This document shows, one piece after another, positions 1-10,490 of a stretch of DNA of 64,000 bases. This DNA is from Candidatus Omnitrophica bacterium UBA6253. Its GTDB lineage: Bacteria; Omnitrophota; Gorgyraeia; Gygaellales; Profunditerraquicolaceae. Location: the NCBI GenBank assembly GCA_002441245.1, contig DJVP01000006.1, positions 7,449-71,448 of the forward strand, written 5' to 3'. Made by a program: the position numbers and the translations under genes. Each line of letters starts with the position of its first letter. The first letter of the stretch is position 1. The notes below the pieces were generated by a model. That model saw nothing but the letters and a program-made list of their open reading frames with translations. It ran no database searches and had not been told where the DNA came from.

Positions 1-31
1 GAGTTTGTCCCGAAATATATCCCTAAAGAGT

Positions 32-223
32 TCATATCTGCTCTCCTGAGGTAGAGCTCCGTTTTTTACTTCTTAACCAAGTATCAATATCATCACGGTC
101 AAACCTCCAAACACCCCCCACCTTCATGCCAGAGATCTTGCCTTGGTTAAGCCAATTATATATAGTCTGCTTCTTTAATTTCAGGTATTCCGCTAATTCA
201 TCAATATCTATAAGCCTTGCCAT
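32..223 (-). CDS. Excisionase-family helix-turn-helix DNA-binding protein (MerR-like HTH_17). Start chosen at MARLIDID (internal ATG with GGGGAAG Shine-Dalgarno); the ORF track extends to 292.
   Basis: Motif LIDIDELAEYLKLKKQTIYNWLNQGKI...GGVWRFDRDDIDTW is typical of excisionase/AlpA-type HTH. An SD-like GGGGAAG lies 9 nt upstream of the ATG at 223. Confidence 0.6.
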   Translation of the reverse strand: MARLIDIDELAEYLKLKKQTIYNWLNQGKISGMKVGGVWRFDRDDIDTWLRSKKRSSTSGEQI

Positions 224-263
224 AAGTTTTACTTCCCCATATATATAAACTACTGTGGATTTA

Positions 264-292
264 ATTAAAACATAATGCACATATTTTGTCAA
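264..292 (-). promoter_or_regulatory. Sigma70-like promoter TTGACA-N17-TTTAAT for the excisionase-family HTH gene
   Basis: Minus-strand TTGACA (plus 287..292) and TTTAAT (plus 264..269) with a 17-nt spacer, about 40 nt upstream of the start at 223. Confidence 0.35.
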
Positions 293-335
293 GTGTTTTT
301 TTGTATAAACTTACTCATACTTACTTAGAATATAG

Positions 336-349
336 TATCCTCGAGGATA
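336..349. promoter_or_regulatory. Perfect 14-bp palindrome TATCCTCGAGGATA; candidate operator
   Basis: Exact reverse-complement symmetry seen directly. It lies in the 197-bp AT-rich spacer upstream of the HTH gene. Confidence 0.4.
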
Positions 350-489
350 AAAGAAGGGATTTAGATATTGGGACACCTTAAAATAAATTAGCGCTAATGG
401 ATTAACAGAAGAATTGTAGGCATGTAACAGCTAAACTATTATAAACTTACTTATATTATAATAGATTTACGCGATGATTGTGGATTGGA

Positions 490-879
490 TTAAGGAGTAT
501 AGGTATAAATAGCTTTAGCGCTTATTCTACGCGTGCCAGTAACTGGCCCTGAATTTGGACCATAGACAGTAATCTCCACACTATTTATAGAACCGGGCAG
601 ATTAGGCTCATTAAAATCAGGGGAAGTTGAACCGCTCCTACGCATGATCCGTGTATATTCACCGGTAGCAGGCCAATTAGCATTATTTACACGCAACATC
701 TCTAAGGCATAATTAATTCCGGCTTTAGCAGCATATTGGCCTTGGATTCGACTTAATTGATGATGGGTTAAGCGTGATTGGGTAAGTATAATTCGCAGTA
801 TAATAGTACTCAAGATAGCGACCACCATTATGGTCCCTAAAACAATAAAAAGGAGTACCCCCTTCCTATTATTAGACAT
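490..879 (-). CDS. PilX-N-like minor pilin / pseudopilin-like protein
   Basis: N-terminal hydrophobic helix followed by RIQGQYAAKAGINYALEML resembles the PilX N-terminal domain. No canonical G/FTLIE prepilin cleavage site was seen. Confidence 0.4.
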   Translation of the reverse strand: MSNNRKGVLLFIVLGTIMVVAILSTIILRIILTQSRLTHHQLSRIQGQYAAKAGINYALEMLRVNNANWPATGEYTRIMRRSGSTSPDFNEPNLPGSINSVEITVYGPNSGPVTGTRRISAKAIYTYTP

Positions 880-1078
880 CTTTTCTTAAAGAAATCTGGT
901 AATCATTATTATCTTTGATTAAAATGACATGTCCTTCGCGGGCAAGCCAACCTAAGCTCATCAACACATTATCAGGATTACGTTCAATCCCCTTCACCAG
1001 GTCAGAAAAGCTTACCTCTCCGTACTGATCCAGATAATGCCAAATCTCTCCCGCAACAATTCCGATTTCAATTATCAT
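872..1078 (-). CDS. Small winged-helix protein (DUF2582-like)
   Basis: 68 aa; pattern VAGEIWHYLDQYGEVSFSDL...LMSLGWLAREGHVIL is typical of wHTH DUF2582. GAAGGAG Shine-Dalgarno upstream. Confidence 0.4.
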   Translation of the reverse strand: MIIEIGIVAGEIWHYLDQYGEVSFSDLVKGIERNPDNVLMSLGWLAREGHVILIKDNNDYQISLRKDV

Positions 1079-1123
1079 TTTATCTCCTTCCTGTATTACT
1101 ACCGGCTGGTAGGCTATGAATGT

Positions 1124-1151
1124 ATTTTATAAATAAAAAAGGATAAGTCAA
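1124..1151 (-). promoter_or_regulatory. Sigma70-like promoter TTGACT-N16-TAAAAT for the wHTH/PilX-like gene pair
   Basis: Seen on the minus strand in the spacer between the TPR gene stop and the wHTH gene start. Confidence 0.3.
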
Positions 1152-1156
1152 CTACT

Positions 1157-3631
1157 TTATTTAATATTCGCCTTGATCCATTCAATCCGCTCCTGGGCAA
1201 ATTTTGATTCTTCAGTCTTATCCTGCGCAATTCTTTTGTATATGCCTAAGGCATTCTTAAAATCATCCCTATCTTCATATATTTTTGCAGCACGTAAAAG
1301 CGCGCGGATTGATAAATGCGCATTATCGCTATAGATATCTGCTAATTTAAGATACATGGCAATTGCCGCATCTAACTCATCTTTGGCCTCATACACCTCA
1401 GCTAAGCTAAACTGGATATCGCTGGCTTCTCTGGGATCAGTCAATTCCAAAGCCTTCTTAAAGAAAATCTTTGCTTGCTCATAATCAAGCACCTTATAGT
1501 AGCATTTAGCTAACCTGGGGAAAAGCAAAAGGCCTAAATCAGGGTAAGCTTTAAGAATCTTCAGATATTCACTAAGCGCCTCTTCGGATTCCCCCCGCTG
1601 AAAATAAATATCCGCTACGGCTAAGGCAGCTTCTGCATTTATTTCCCCCTTATCGGCAAGATTAATTGCTAACTTAAAATTATCAAGTGCCTGCTCAAGT
1701 TTATTCTCGTCCCTAAAAACCATGCCTAAAGCATATAATGCATCCGCTGCTAAACCGCTATCAGGAAAATCTTTTGCCAGAGAACTAAAATACCTGACTG
1801 CAAGGTTTAAATTATTCAAACGGTAATAATACTGGCCCAACCACCACATGATCTCCGGAGTAAGTTTTGAATCGGGATATTTAACACGCAAAAGCTCAAA
1901 CCGCCTGACCGCTTCTTTCTCCTGGCCGAGCTTATAATAACAATCGGCGATTTCGTATTCTGCCTTCTGTTTTAATTCCATCTCTTGCGGGTATTGCTTG
2001 GGAATGTCCTTAAAAATATTCAACGCTTCACCGGTTTCTCCTAGATTAAGCATGGATAAACCCAGCATAAAAATGGCCTGGCCGGATAACCGGCCTCCTT
2101 TAAATTCATTTCTGAACTTAACTAAAACTTCACGGCTTAAGCCATAATCCTGCTTATAAAAATAAGCAACTCCTAAAGAATAAACCGCATCCTCAAGGAA
2201 TTTTGATTGCGGATAATCTTTAATTAAGCGCTTTAAAGAAGCAACTGCAGCTATATAATCCGATCTCTTTAGTTGAGAGGAACCGCTTTGGTATAACGCA
2301 TAATCCGGAAAAGATGAATCGGGATATTGTTTTAAAACTTTTGCGTAAACTTCTTCCGCCTTCAGGTAATCGCCGGAATCCTGATAAATATCGCCTATCT
2401 GGCAAAGTGCCCCAGCTTTTACGGCCGGATCAACGCTTTTACCGGCAATATCCTCAAATACGGCTATCCCTGATTTAGTCTCACCTAGTTTTATATAAGC
2501 CAGGCCTAGATTGTAACGCAGTTTATCAATTAGTTCATCTGCCCCGCTGACCTGATTGCCCGACTTGGCAATATCCTCCAAGCCCTCCTTATACACCTTA
2601 ACCGATTGGCCATATTCGGCTAAATTATAAAAGGCATCAGCCTTACCTATATAGGCCTGAAGGCGTATTAAAAGATCTCCGCTGATATCAATAAGCTTTT
2701 GGTATAGTTTTTTTGCTTCATAGAACCGGTTAGACTGTGACATTAACACTGCTTGTCCCAATATAAGAATATCCAGGCTCTTCTTATCCAGACTACCCTG
2801 CCTGATTTCAGCAAAGGTCTCTCCTGCTTCATCATATTTCTTTAGCTTAAGATAAGACCAGCCCAACCCCAATTTTGCCAAATCTTTAGCCTTTTCATCC
2901 TTGAAGGTTTGCGCGGACTTAAGATAATTTCTGGCGGCATCATTAAGGCTATCCAGATAATATTCTGATTCCGCCAGATAAAAATACAAATATGGCAGGC
3001 GAAGGGCATCATTTGCATAAAGTTTAATAACAGATTTAATTTTATTCTTCAACTCGGAATATTCTTTAAGGTTATACAAACACTCTATTAATTTAAATGC
3101 AGCGTCTTTACTTTGTGGTTCACTAGGAAAGCTCTCCAGTAAACTCTTCAGGCTTACCAGGGCCTGGCTGTATTTACCAATTTGCGAGAATGACCACCCC
3201 AAAGAATAGTATGCTGCCGGCACATAAGATGAATGCGGGAAATCACTGATTAACTTTTGATAAAAAGAAATGGCTTTTTCAAAATTATTTCCTTTAAAAT
3301 GCAATTCCGCTATCCAGAAATAGAGTGCATCCTTAAGGCTGGCGGCCTTGGGGTCAGTCAATAAGGACTCAAGCGTATTTAACGCCTCAAGGTAGCGGCC
3401 CTGATGAAAATAACTTTGACCTACCATAAGACGCGCTTCGCTAGCCTTAACGGAACCCGGAAAATCTTTCTGGAACCTCTCCAGCATCCCCAAGGCAACC
3501 TCATAGAAACCATCTTCATAGGCCTTCTTGGCCATAAAAAGCAGCTCTGCTTCCTTAGGGCTTTCTTGAGTAAGCCCGGATGAAACTAAGAATAAAACTA
3601 AAATTAACGCTCCGGATATTATTCTTTTCAT
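1157..3631 (-). CDS. Secreted tetratricopeptide-repeat protein (824 aa, YbgF-like TPR arrays)
   Basis: Signal peptide, then many TPR-like repeats (A..Y..G.....A) throughout. Confidence 0.7.
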   Translation of the reverse strand: MKRIISGALILVLFLVSSGLTQESPKEAELLFMAKKAYEDGFYEVALGMLERFQKDFPGSVKASEARLMVGQSYFHQGRYLEALNTLESLLTDPKAASLKDALYFWIAELHFKGNNFEKAISFYQKLISDFPHSSYVPAAYYSLGWSFSQIGKYSQALVSLKSLLESFPSEPQSKDAAFKLIECLYNLKEYSELKNKIKSVIKLYANDALRLPYLYFYLAESEYYLDSLNDAARNYLKSAQTFKDEKAKDLAKLGLGWSYLKLKKYDEAGETFAEIRQGSLDKKSLDILILGQAVLMSQSNRFYEAKKLYQKLIDISGDLLIRLQAYIGKADAFYNLAEYGQSVKVYKEGLEDIAKSGNQVSGADELIDKLRYNLGLAYIKLGETKSGIAVFEDIAGKSVDPAVKAGALCQIGDIYQDSGDYLKAEEVYAKVLKQYPDSSFPDYALYQSGSSQLKRSDYIAAVASLKRLIKDYPQSKFLEDAVYSLGVAYFYKQDYGLSREVLVKFRNEFKGGRLSGQAIFMLGLSMLNLGETGEALNIFKDIPKQYPQEMELKQKAEYEIADCYYKLGQEKEAVRRFELLRVKYPDSKLTPEIMWWLGQYYYRLNNLNLAVRYFSSLAKDFPDSGLAADALYALGMVFRDENKLEQALDNFKLAINLADKGEINAEAALAVADIYFQRGESEEALSEYLKILKAYPDLGLLLFPRLAKCYYKVLDYEQAKIFFKKALELTDPREASDIQFSLAEVYEAKDELDAAIAMYLKLADIYSDNAHLSIRALLRAAKIYEDRDDFKNALGIYKRIAQDKTEESKFAQERIEWIKANIK

Positions 3632-6426
3632 TTTCCTATTAAAGCTTCTTTGAGAAACTTTGCAGTAAAAGATTTATCTATTTTAATAAGCTCTTCCGGG
3701 CTGCAGGAAGCAATAAGTTCCCCCCCCTTGTCACCGCCCTCAGGCCCAAGGTCAATAATAAAATCAGCGCATTTAATTACCTCCAAATTATGTTCTACTA
3801 CTACCACTGTATTATTACGCTCAACCAGCCTCTGCAGCACTGATATCAACCTGGCTACGTCTGCAAAATGCAGGCCAGTAGTAGGTTCATCCAAAAGATA
3901 AAGGGTTTTTCCGGTTGAACGTTTGCATAACTCCGAAGAAAGCTTGATCCTTTGCGCCTCTCCCCCGGAAAGTGTAGTAGCGCTCTGCCCCAATTGGATG
4001 TAACCTAACCCCACATCATTCAAATATTCAAGGGTATTCTTTATTTTTGGTATACTGCTAAATAACCCTAAGGCCTCTTCAACAGTCATATCCAGAACAT
4101 CCGCGATGGATTTACCTTTATACCTTACTTCTAAAGTCGCGTTATTAAACCTCAACCCCTTACACAACTCACATTTCACATATACATCAGGCAAAAAATG
4201 CATTTCAATCTTTCTTATCCCGTCGCCTCCGCAGGATTCACAACGGCCGCCCTTAACGTTAAAAGAGAATCTTCCCGGCTTATAGCCCCGTTGGCGCGCC
4301 TCCGGGAGCTGAGAGAACAGGTCTCTTATATGGGTGAATATTCCAGTATAAGTTGCCGGGTTTGAACGCGGCGTCCTGCCGATTGGCTGCTGGTCAACAA
4401 CAATTACCTGGTCAATCTCCTGTGTTCCGCTTATGGATTTAAATACCCCGGGTTTTACCTTGGCCTTATAGATCTTCTGTGCCAACGCCGGATAAAGTAT
4501 ATCTGTAATTAAGGTAGATTTACCTGAACCTGATACGCCAGTTACGCAAATAAGGGTGCCCAAAGGAAAACGCAAATCAATATTTTTAAGGTTATGCTCA
4601 GCTGCGCCTTTTATTTCAATATATCTCTTATCCTGCCAGGGACGCCTATTTACAGGCGCCTCGATCGAAAGTTCTTTGCGTATATATTTGGCGGTTAGAG
4701 AATCCCTGCATTTCATAAGCTCTTCTTTATTCCCGGAAAAGATAATCTTGCCTCCATGCCTGCCTGCACCTGGGCCTAAGTCAACAATGTGGTCGGCGCT
4801 CAAAATAGTAGACTGGTCATGCTCAACAACCACAAGGGTATTTCCTAGATCGCGCAGCGCCTTTAAAGTAGATAGCAACTTTTCATTGTCCCGTTGATGC
4901 AGGCCGATGCTGGGCTCATCCAAAACATATAAAACTCCAACCAGCCCGGAACCAACCTGGGTAGCTAAACGTATCCTCTGCGCCTCTCCCCCTGAAAGGC
5001 TTGAGCTCTTGCGGTCCAGTGTTAAATAATCCAAACCGACATCAACGCAAAATTTCAATTTTTGGGTTATTTCTTTTAACGCCTGATAACTGACTAATCT
5101 CTCTTTTTGGGTTAACTCCAGCTTAGAAAAGAAATTTATCGCTTCCTTTATGGACATACGCGAGATCTCCCAGATATTCTTCTGATCGATCCTCACTGAT
5201 AAACTTTCCGGTTTAAGCCTGGCGCCTTTACATGCCGGACAATCAAGGCTGGACATAAACTTGCTGATCTCTTCTTTCAGGTAATCGCTGTCTGTCTGAT
5301 GAAACAGCCTTTCTAAATGCGGGATGACCCCCTCATATGGCTTACTGCCGATTATCTCATCGCAACCATAAAGTATCGCCTTCTGTATAGGTTTTTTTAA
5401 TTTCCTAAAAGGCTCATCCAGAGAAAATCTCAGGCGATGGCTCAGCTCCCGGATAAGCCAACGGTAATAAAGGATATACCCCCTGCCTCCGCGTTTCCAC
5501 GGTTCAAGGCAACCGGAATTAATACTTTTATTTTTATCCGGAATAATTAAATCCGGGTCAAATTCAAGTTTATTGCCTAAACCATTACACTCAGGGCAAG
5601 CCCCATAAGGAGAATTAAAAGAAAAGTTTCGCGGGTTAATCTCTACATAACTTATTCCGCAATTAACACAAGCGTATCGTTCGCTAAAAATCATATCCTG
5701 AGACAGGCCTGTTCTAGCGACAATAACCGAACCTTTCCCGACTTTAAGGGCAGTCTCGACGGAATCCGTAAGCCGTTTTAAAACTTGAGGCTGAATATGC
5801 AGACGGTCAACAACAACCTCTATGCTATGAAGTTTATATTTAGCTAATTTTATCTTTGCGGGCAGCTCATAAATCTTGCCATCCACCCTGGCGCGCACAA
5901 ATCCGGATTTCTGAATCTGCAAGAAAACATCTTTATGTTCACCCTTCTTCCCCTGGATTAAACCAGCAAGAATTTGTATATCGTTATTTGCCTGCAGATT
6001 CATAATTGACTCGACTATTTCCTGGGCGCTTTGACTTTGAATCAACCGGCCGCACTTATAACAATGCACCTTTCCTATCCTGGAAAACAACAATCTCAGG
6101 TAATCATAAATCTCAGTTTGTGTAGCAACAGTTGAACGGGGATTGCCTCCGGCAGAGCGCTGTTCAATAGCAATCGCCGGGGACAAGCCAGAAATAAAAT
6201 CCACATCCGGCTTCTGCAACTGCTCCAGGAACTGCCGGGCATAGCTGGAAAGGCTCTCCACAAACCTGCGCTGCCCTTCAGCATAGATCGTATCAAACGC
6301 AAGGCTGGACTTTCCTGAGCCTGATAAACCGGTAACAACGATCAGTTTATTACGCGGCAAATCAAGGTTGATGTTTTTAAGATTATGCTCCCTTGCTCCG
6401 CGGATAATTATATTTTCGCTTTTCAT
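3628..6426 (-). CDS. uvrA: Excinuclease ABC subunit A
   Basis: Two ABC ATPase modules ([14 protein letters not shown] and [10 protein letters not shown]), zinc-finger cysteines and LSGGEAQRI signature motifs. Confidence 0.95.
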   Translation of the reverse strand: MKSENIIIRGAREHNLKNINLDLPRNKLIVVTGLSGSGKSSLAFDTIYAEGQRRFVESLSSYARQFLEQLQKPDVDFISGLSPAIAIEQRSAGGNPRSTVATQTEIYDYLRLLFSRIGKVHCYKCGRLIQSQSAQEIVESIMNLQANNDIQILAGLIQGKKGEHKDVFLQIQKSGFVRARVDGKIYELPAKIKLAKYKLHSIEVVVDRLHIQPQVLKRLTDSVETALKVGKGSVIVARTGLSQDMIFSERYACVNCGISYVEINPRNFSFNSPYGACPECNGLGNKLEFDPDLIIPDKNKSINSGCLEPWKRGGRGYILYYRWLIRELSHRLRFSLDEPFRKLKKPIQKAILYGCDEIIGSKPYEGVIPHLERLFHQTDSDYLKEEISKFMSSLDCPACKGARLKPESLSVRIDQKNIWEISRMSIKEAINFFSKLELTQKERLVSYQALKEITQKLKFCVDVGLDYLTLDRKSSSLSGGEAQRIRLATQVGSGLVGVLYVLDEPSIGLHQRDNEKLLSTLKALRDLGNTLVVVEHDQSTILSADHIVDLGPGAGRHGGKIIFSGNKEELMKCRDSLTAKYIRKELSIEAPVNRRPWQDKRYIEIKGAAEHNLKNIDLRFPLGTLICVTGVSGSGKSTLITDILYPALAQKIYKAKVKPGVFKSISGTQEIDQVIVVDQQPIGRTPRSNPATYTGIFTHIRDLFSQLPEARQRGYKPGRFSFNVKGGRCESCGGDGIRKIEMHFLPDVYVKCELCKGLRFNNATLEVRYKGKSIADVLDMTVEEALGLFSSIPKIKNTLEYLNDVGLGYIQLGQSATTLSGGEAQRIKLSSELCKRSTGKTLYLLDEPTTGLHFADVARLISVLQRLVERNNTVVVVEHNLEVIKCADFIIDLGPEGGDKGGELIASCSPEELIKIDKSFTAKFLKEALIGK

Positions 6427-8051
6427 TCAAGTAAGGCTTGCTCTCTTTTAGGGTCAAGCTGTTTGGCTAAAAGCAAATATCTATTTGCCTGCTCCTTTTG
6501 CCCGGCTTTACCATAAAGCCCGGCCAATTGTATAATATTCTTTTCAAAAAATGGGTTTTGGCTAAAAGCTGACAGGCTGAATTCAATGGCCTTATCAAAA
6601 TCCCCTAATTTAGCATAACATAAACTTATGGAATAGTTACTAAAAAAACTCTTGCTTAATATCCGCTTATAATAATTCAAGGCTTCTTTTGGATTTCCGC
6701 TGGCAAAATAATATTGGCCATAAACCATATTCACAACCGGCGTATCCGCGTAATATTCTTCAAGCCTTTTTATTGTATTGTAAGCTTTCGGAAGATCCCC
6801 TGATTCTATATATGCACTTGCCAGATTCCTTAAAATGATGCTATCTTCGGGTAAAAAATGTAAGGCCCTTTCATAAAAAGTTACGTCATTGCGCCAATAA
6901 ACCCTATTAGCCATTACCAGGCTCCCCAGGATTACCGAACAAGTAATTATGATTAACTTGCCATTTTTATTGAACAAACATAAATACGCAAAAACAGCAA
7001 AAAATCCGATACTGGGCAAGTAAAGCCAGCTCTCTGCCATAAGCGCGCTTCCTAATGCCGGATAAGCATCAAAATAAAAATAAACCGGTATAATCCCCAG
7101 CAGGAACCAGAATAAACCAAAACTGACCACAGCAGGTAACTGTTTGGCCTTCTGCCATTTTAATACTGCAACCACCAACAATATTAATCCTGCTATAGAT
7201 AAAAGCAGCGCGGGGATGTTTGAATGGTTAATAAAGGCGGTAGAATTAAACATGTGCAGGTTAATTGGCCAAAGCAACAATAAGGCATAACGCCAGGCTA
7301 TATTAAAGAAATTAACCAAAGAAAGCGCTCCGCTAATATAATCCGCATGAGTATTCAACCCGCTTGGGCCAAAAATAATAAACCTTGTCAAGAGATAAGC
7401 TGCTGATAAAACAAAAAAAGCTGCCAAATACCTGATCTTAGCTTTATTCCTGTTTAGAATAGAGATTAAGATCAAGAAAAGGATTATAAGAAATGCGTTT
7501 TCCCGGCTTAAGAACGCAAGGGCTGCGGCGAGTATACTTAAAAAATATAACAGACGGTTTTTTGAATTCAGGAACCTTAAAAACAAAACACAGCAAGAGA
7601 GGATAAAGAAAACGCTTAATAAATCTGCCCTGGCTGAAATATACGCCACCGAAGAAATCTGCACCGGGTGGACTAAAAACAAAAGGCTGGTTGCAGCAGC
7701 CAGTAGCCTACGATTAAAGGTTAAAATAAACAGGTAAAACACCAGGATGGAATTAAGCAGATGTAATAATATATTGGTAAACCTAAACCCCGCCGGATTA
7801 AGGCCCCAAAGATTATAATCCAGATAATATGAAAGCATCTGAAGCGGCCGAAACATACGGTCATACGGCTGCATTCCGGTCCAATAATCATATATGCCGG
7901 TCTTAAAAACATCGGGCAGAAGGTGGCTGGATTTAATCAGCGGATTTTCCTCAACCAGGATTTTGTCGTCAAAAACAAACCCGTTATTTAAGTAACCGGC
8001 ATAAATAATCAGGCAAATACAGGACAAGATTACTAAAAAAAACTTATTCAT
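6423..8051 (-). CDS. TMTC-like multi-pass membrane protein with C-terminal TPR repeats (DUF1736/PMT_2-like putative glycosyl/mannosyltransferase)
   Basis: About 10 TM helices then TPR repeats. N-terminal [15 protein letters not shown] motif. The 4-nt overlap with uvrA suggests co-transcription. Confidence 0.5.
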   Translation of the reverse strand: MNKFFLVILSCICLIIYAGYLNNGFVFDDKILVEENPLIKSSHLLPDVFKTGIYDYWTGMQPYDRMFRPLQMLSYYLDYNLWGLNPAGFRFTNILLHLLNSILVFYLFILTFNRRLLAAATSLLFLVHPVQISSVAYISARADLLSVFFILSCCVLFLRFLNSKNRLLYFLSILAAALAFLSRENAFLIILFLILISILNRNKAKIRYLAAFFVLSAAYLLTRFIIFGPSGLNTHADYISGALSLVNFFNIAWRYALLLLWPINLHMFNSTAFINHSNIPALLLSIAGLILLVVAVLKWQKAKQLPAVVSFGLFWFLLGIIPVYFYFDAYPALGSALMAESWLYLPSIGFFAVFAYLCLFNKNGKLIIITCSVILGSLVMANRVYWRNDVTFYERALHFLPEDSIILRNLASAYIESGDLPKAYNTIKRLEEYYADTPVVNMVYGQYYFASGNPKEALNYYKRILSKSFFSNYSISLCYAKLGDFDKAIEFSLSAFSQNPFFEKNIIQLAGLYGKAGQKEQANRYLLLAKQLDPKREQALLE

Positions 8052-8076
8052 TATTAAATTATAGCATAAAAAGTAA

Positions 8077-8130
8077 GCCCCTGTAAAATTAGAAAAATAA
8101 ATTCATTTATACAGGGGCTACACTTTTTTT
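8077..8130 (-). terminator. Hairpin (9-bp stem GCCCCTGTA/TACAGGGGC, AT-rich loop) flanked by T-runs on both strands; likely terminator of the 83-aa gene
   Basis: Inverted repeat at 8077..8085 and 8110..8118. T-run at 8124..8130 on plus, and TTACTTTTT follows on minus. Confidence 0.35.
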
Positions 8131-8143
8131 AAAAGCCGGAAGG

Positions 8144-8395
8144 TTATTTCTTTTTCTTCTTTCCGCCTCTTTTCATCTTAGCACAGGAAACATCACCCTT
8201 CTTATCCAAGAAATAAAGATAGCCTACTTTTCTTTTGATACCGCATTTGGCTACCTTCTTGGGGTTACCTCCCTTTTTAGAGCCTCTGGCCATTTTGGCG
8301 CAAGAGACATCGCCCTGCTTGTCAATGTAATAGAGATAACCTTTTTCCCTCTTTACTCCTACTTTCATTACTTTGTCTGCCATTTTCTGATTCAC
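8144..8395 (-). CDS. Lysine-rich 83-aa protein made of two tandem ~40-aa repeats (KxGxKRxxGYLYYxDKxGDVSCAKMxRGxKK)
   Basis: Internal duplication visible in the translation. The DNA copies have diverged. Confidence 0.45.
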   Translation of the reverse strand: MNQKMADKVMKVGVKREKGYLYYIDKQGDVSCAKMARGSKKGGNPKKVAKCGIKRKVGYLYFLDKKGDVSCAKMKRGGKKKKK

Positions 8396-8414
8396 CCCCT
8401 CTCTTTATGTTAAC

Positions 8415-9260
8415 TTACGTTCCAATCTTTACCGGCTGCAAAATCTGTTTTAGGGTCGCGATTGCCGAAAGCACCGCTAAAAAGCTAGTCTTGGGATTCT
8501 GCGGATGCAGGATATTCTCGGTACGCGTAAAGATTTTAGCTGCCCTAGATTCAATTTCGATTTCATGGATATTCTTATCAACTTTGGGGCTGGCGATTAT
8601 ACGCACCCGGGTTTTATGCATGCCCATACCGGCCAGGCCCAGGACTGCCGCGACATTGATATTCTGCGGAAAATATTTTACCGCCTGAGCCGCGCTGCCG
8701 TTGAATAATACCTTATCATGTTTTAAACCCTCAAGTTTAAAATGTTTTGCTACATATTCCACCCCGCTAAACGCCTTGGGGTTTTTACGTGTAGTTAAAG
8801 TTACTTTCCTTACGCCTGCTATATTTGCTGCTTTTAAAGCATCTACCCCCGAGATAGCCCCGCTGGGGAAATAAACCATCGCGTTATTCTTTCTGGATAA
8901 AACATATAGATCATCTAAATGGCCAACCATCCCCCCTACGCTCATAACCATAATTTTGCATCCTCCGGACAATGATTGCGATGCAATTTCCCACGAAGCC
9001 TTTGCGGAAGATGCCTCAATTACCAGGTCTGAACGCTTGATTAAAGCCTTTAAACTACCTACGTACAAACTCAGATCTCGGGTCAGCTTCCTAGAAAGGG
9101 CCTGGGATTTCTCCATTTTTATATCATAAAGGGCTACCAGGCAGGCATCTTTACGCAAACCGGCAACAATTTCTTTAGCCAGAGAACTGCCAATCGCCCC
9201 ACAGCCAACAATTCCAATCTTAAGTTGAGTTTGTCGTTTAATTTTATGCATAACCAACAA
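8415..9260 (-). CDS. nadX: L-aspartate dehydrogenase (DUF108/NAD-binding family); start may be the ATG at 9251
   Basis: IGIVGCGAIG Rossmann motif and overall similarity to aspartate dehydrogenase. Confidence 0.65.
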   Translation of the reverse strand: MLVMHKIKRQTQLKIGIVGCGAIGSSLAKEIVAGLRKDACLVALYDIKMEKSQALSRKLTRDLSLYVGSLKALIKRSDLVIEASSAKASWEIASQSLSGGCKIMVMSVGGMVGHLDDLYVLSRKNNAMVYFPSGAISGVDALKAANIAGVRKVTLTTRKNPKAFSGVEYVAKHFKLEGLKHDKVLFNGSAAQAVKYFPQNINVAAVLGLAGMGMHKTRVRIIASPKVDKNIHEIEIESRAAKIFTRTENILHPQNPKTSFLAVLSAIATLKQILQPVKIGT

Positions 9261-10092
9261 CTATATTATCAATAAGCCTTGTTTTGCCAATCCTAACCGC
9301 TAAACAGATCAAACACCCCGGCTCAACCTTTTTTATCTCTTTAAGCTGGCTTTGGTCAACAATCGCAATATAATCAATCTTAGCTAGTTTATTCTTTTCG
9401 ATGAGCTGTTTCATCCTGCTAATAATTCTGTTGGAATTACGCTGGCCGCTACTGATTAAAACCTCCGCAAGCTGCAAGGCCTTAAATAAAACTACCGCGC
9501 CGGATCTTTCTTTTTTACTCAAATAGGCATTGCGTGAGCTAAGCGCCAGCCCATCTTTTTGACGTATAGTAGGCAGGATCTTTACTTTAACCGAAAAATT
9601 CAAATCTTTAATCATTCTGGAAATAATAACCGCCTGCTGGGCATCTTTCTGCCCCAGATAAAGTATATCGGGATGAATGATATTAAGCAGTTTAGCCACA
9701 ACAGTAGCCACCCCGCGGAAATGCCCGGGACGATTTACTCCACAAAGGACATCACTCAAATTCTCAACATTAACAAAAGTAGAATACCCTTGCGGGTACA
9801 TATCATTCTTATTCGGCAGAAATACAAAATCTACCCCCATCCTGCGGCAGAATTCAATATCCCTTTTAAGGGAACGGGGATATTTCTTAAAATCCTCTCC
9901 CGGCCCAAATTGTACCGGATTGACAAAGATACTCACCACTACTATATCATTTTCTTTGCGCGCCTTATTAATCAGGCTAAGATGACCGGCGTGCAAGGCC
10001 CCCATCGTAGGCACAAAACCTATGCTCCTTTTAAGCTTCCTGATCTTTGCCGTTAAAGAGCTTAATTTCTCAAGATCGGGGATGAATCTCAC
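9244..10092 (-). CDS. panC: Pantoate--beta-alanine ligase
   Basis: GFVPTMGALHAGHLSL HIGH motif; conserved C-terminus. Confidence 0.9.
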   Translation of the reverse strand: MRFIPDLEKLSSLTAKIRKLKRSIGFVPTMGALHAGHLSLINKARKENDIVVVSIFVNPVQFGPGEDFKKYPRSLKRDIEFCRRMGVDFVFLPNKNDMYPQGYSTFVNVENLSDVLCGVNRPGHFRGVATVVAKLLNIIHPDILYLGQKDAQQAVIISRMIKDLNFSVKVKILPTIRQKDGLALSSRNAYLSKKERSGAVVLFKALQLAEVLISSGQRNSNRIISRMKQLIEKNKLAKIDYIAIVDQSQLKEIKKVEPGCLICLAVRIGKTRLIDNIVVGYA

Positions 10093-10490
10093 AAAACCTC
10101 CGTTAATGGTTTAATTACAAAATCACGGTCAAACATTCTTGGATGGGGAATAGTCAATTCCTTAGTGCTTACAATCTTATCCGCATAAAGCAGGATATCT
10201 AGATCAATTATCCTTGGGCCGAAACGCACTGTTTTCTTCCTACCCATCCGGCCTTCAATCTCCTTCAACTTCTTAAGCAACGTCAAAACAGGTAATTGAG
10301 TATTTATTTTTAATACAGCATTTAGGAATTTAGCCTGCCCCGGAGGGCCGCCAACAGGTAAACTTTCCATAGCTTTAGATTCTTTAAGCACCCGGGTATC
10401 TTTTAACACATTAATCTTTTTAATCGCCAATTTTATATTCTTTTTACGATTACCCAAATTTGAACCTATCCCAAGATAGCAAACCGCCAT
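10089..10490 (-). CDS. folK: 2-amino-4-hydroxy-6-hydroxymethyldihydropteridine pyrophosphokinase
   Basis: YLGIGSNLG...RFGPRIIDLDILLY...HPRM HPPK signature. Confidence 0.85.
   Translation of the reverse strand: MAVCYLGIGSNLGNRKKNIKLAIKKINVLKDTRVLKESKAMESLPVGGPPGQAKFLNAVLKINTQLPVLTLLKKLKEIEGRMGRKKTVRFGPRIIDLDILLYADKIVSTKELTIPHPRMFDRDFVIKPLTEVL

Noticed and set aside
1-1078. Prophage or integrative element call for the window start
   Set aside because: Only an excisionase-like HTH gene and repeats are visible. No integrase, structural or replication genes occur within the window, so it is kept as a finding rather than a mobile_element feature.
2220-2405. 61-aa ORF inside the TPR gene (same strand, other frame)
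   Set aside because: Fully contained within the 824-aa TPR coding sequence, which has continuous repeat structure.
3650-3901. Plus-strand ORFs embedded antisense within long minus-strand genes (e.g. 3650..3901, 4556..4897, 9559..10056, 16137..16694, 20722..21198, 21568..22107, 42302..42865, 48758..49282)
   Set aside because: Each lies entirely inside a well-supported conserved gene on the opposite strand, and none has recognisable motifs or an SD. They are typical shadow ORFs of an AT-rich genome.
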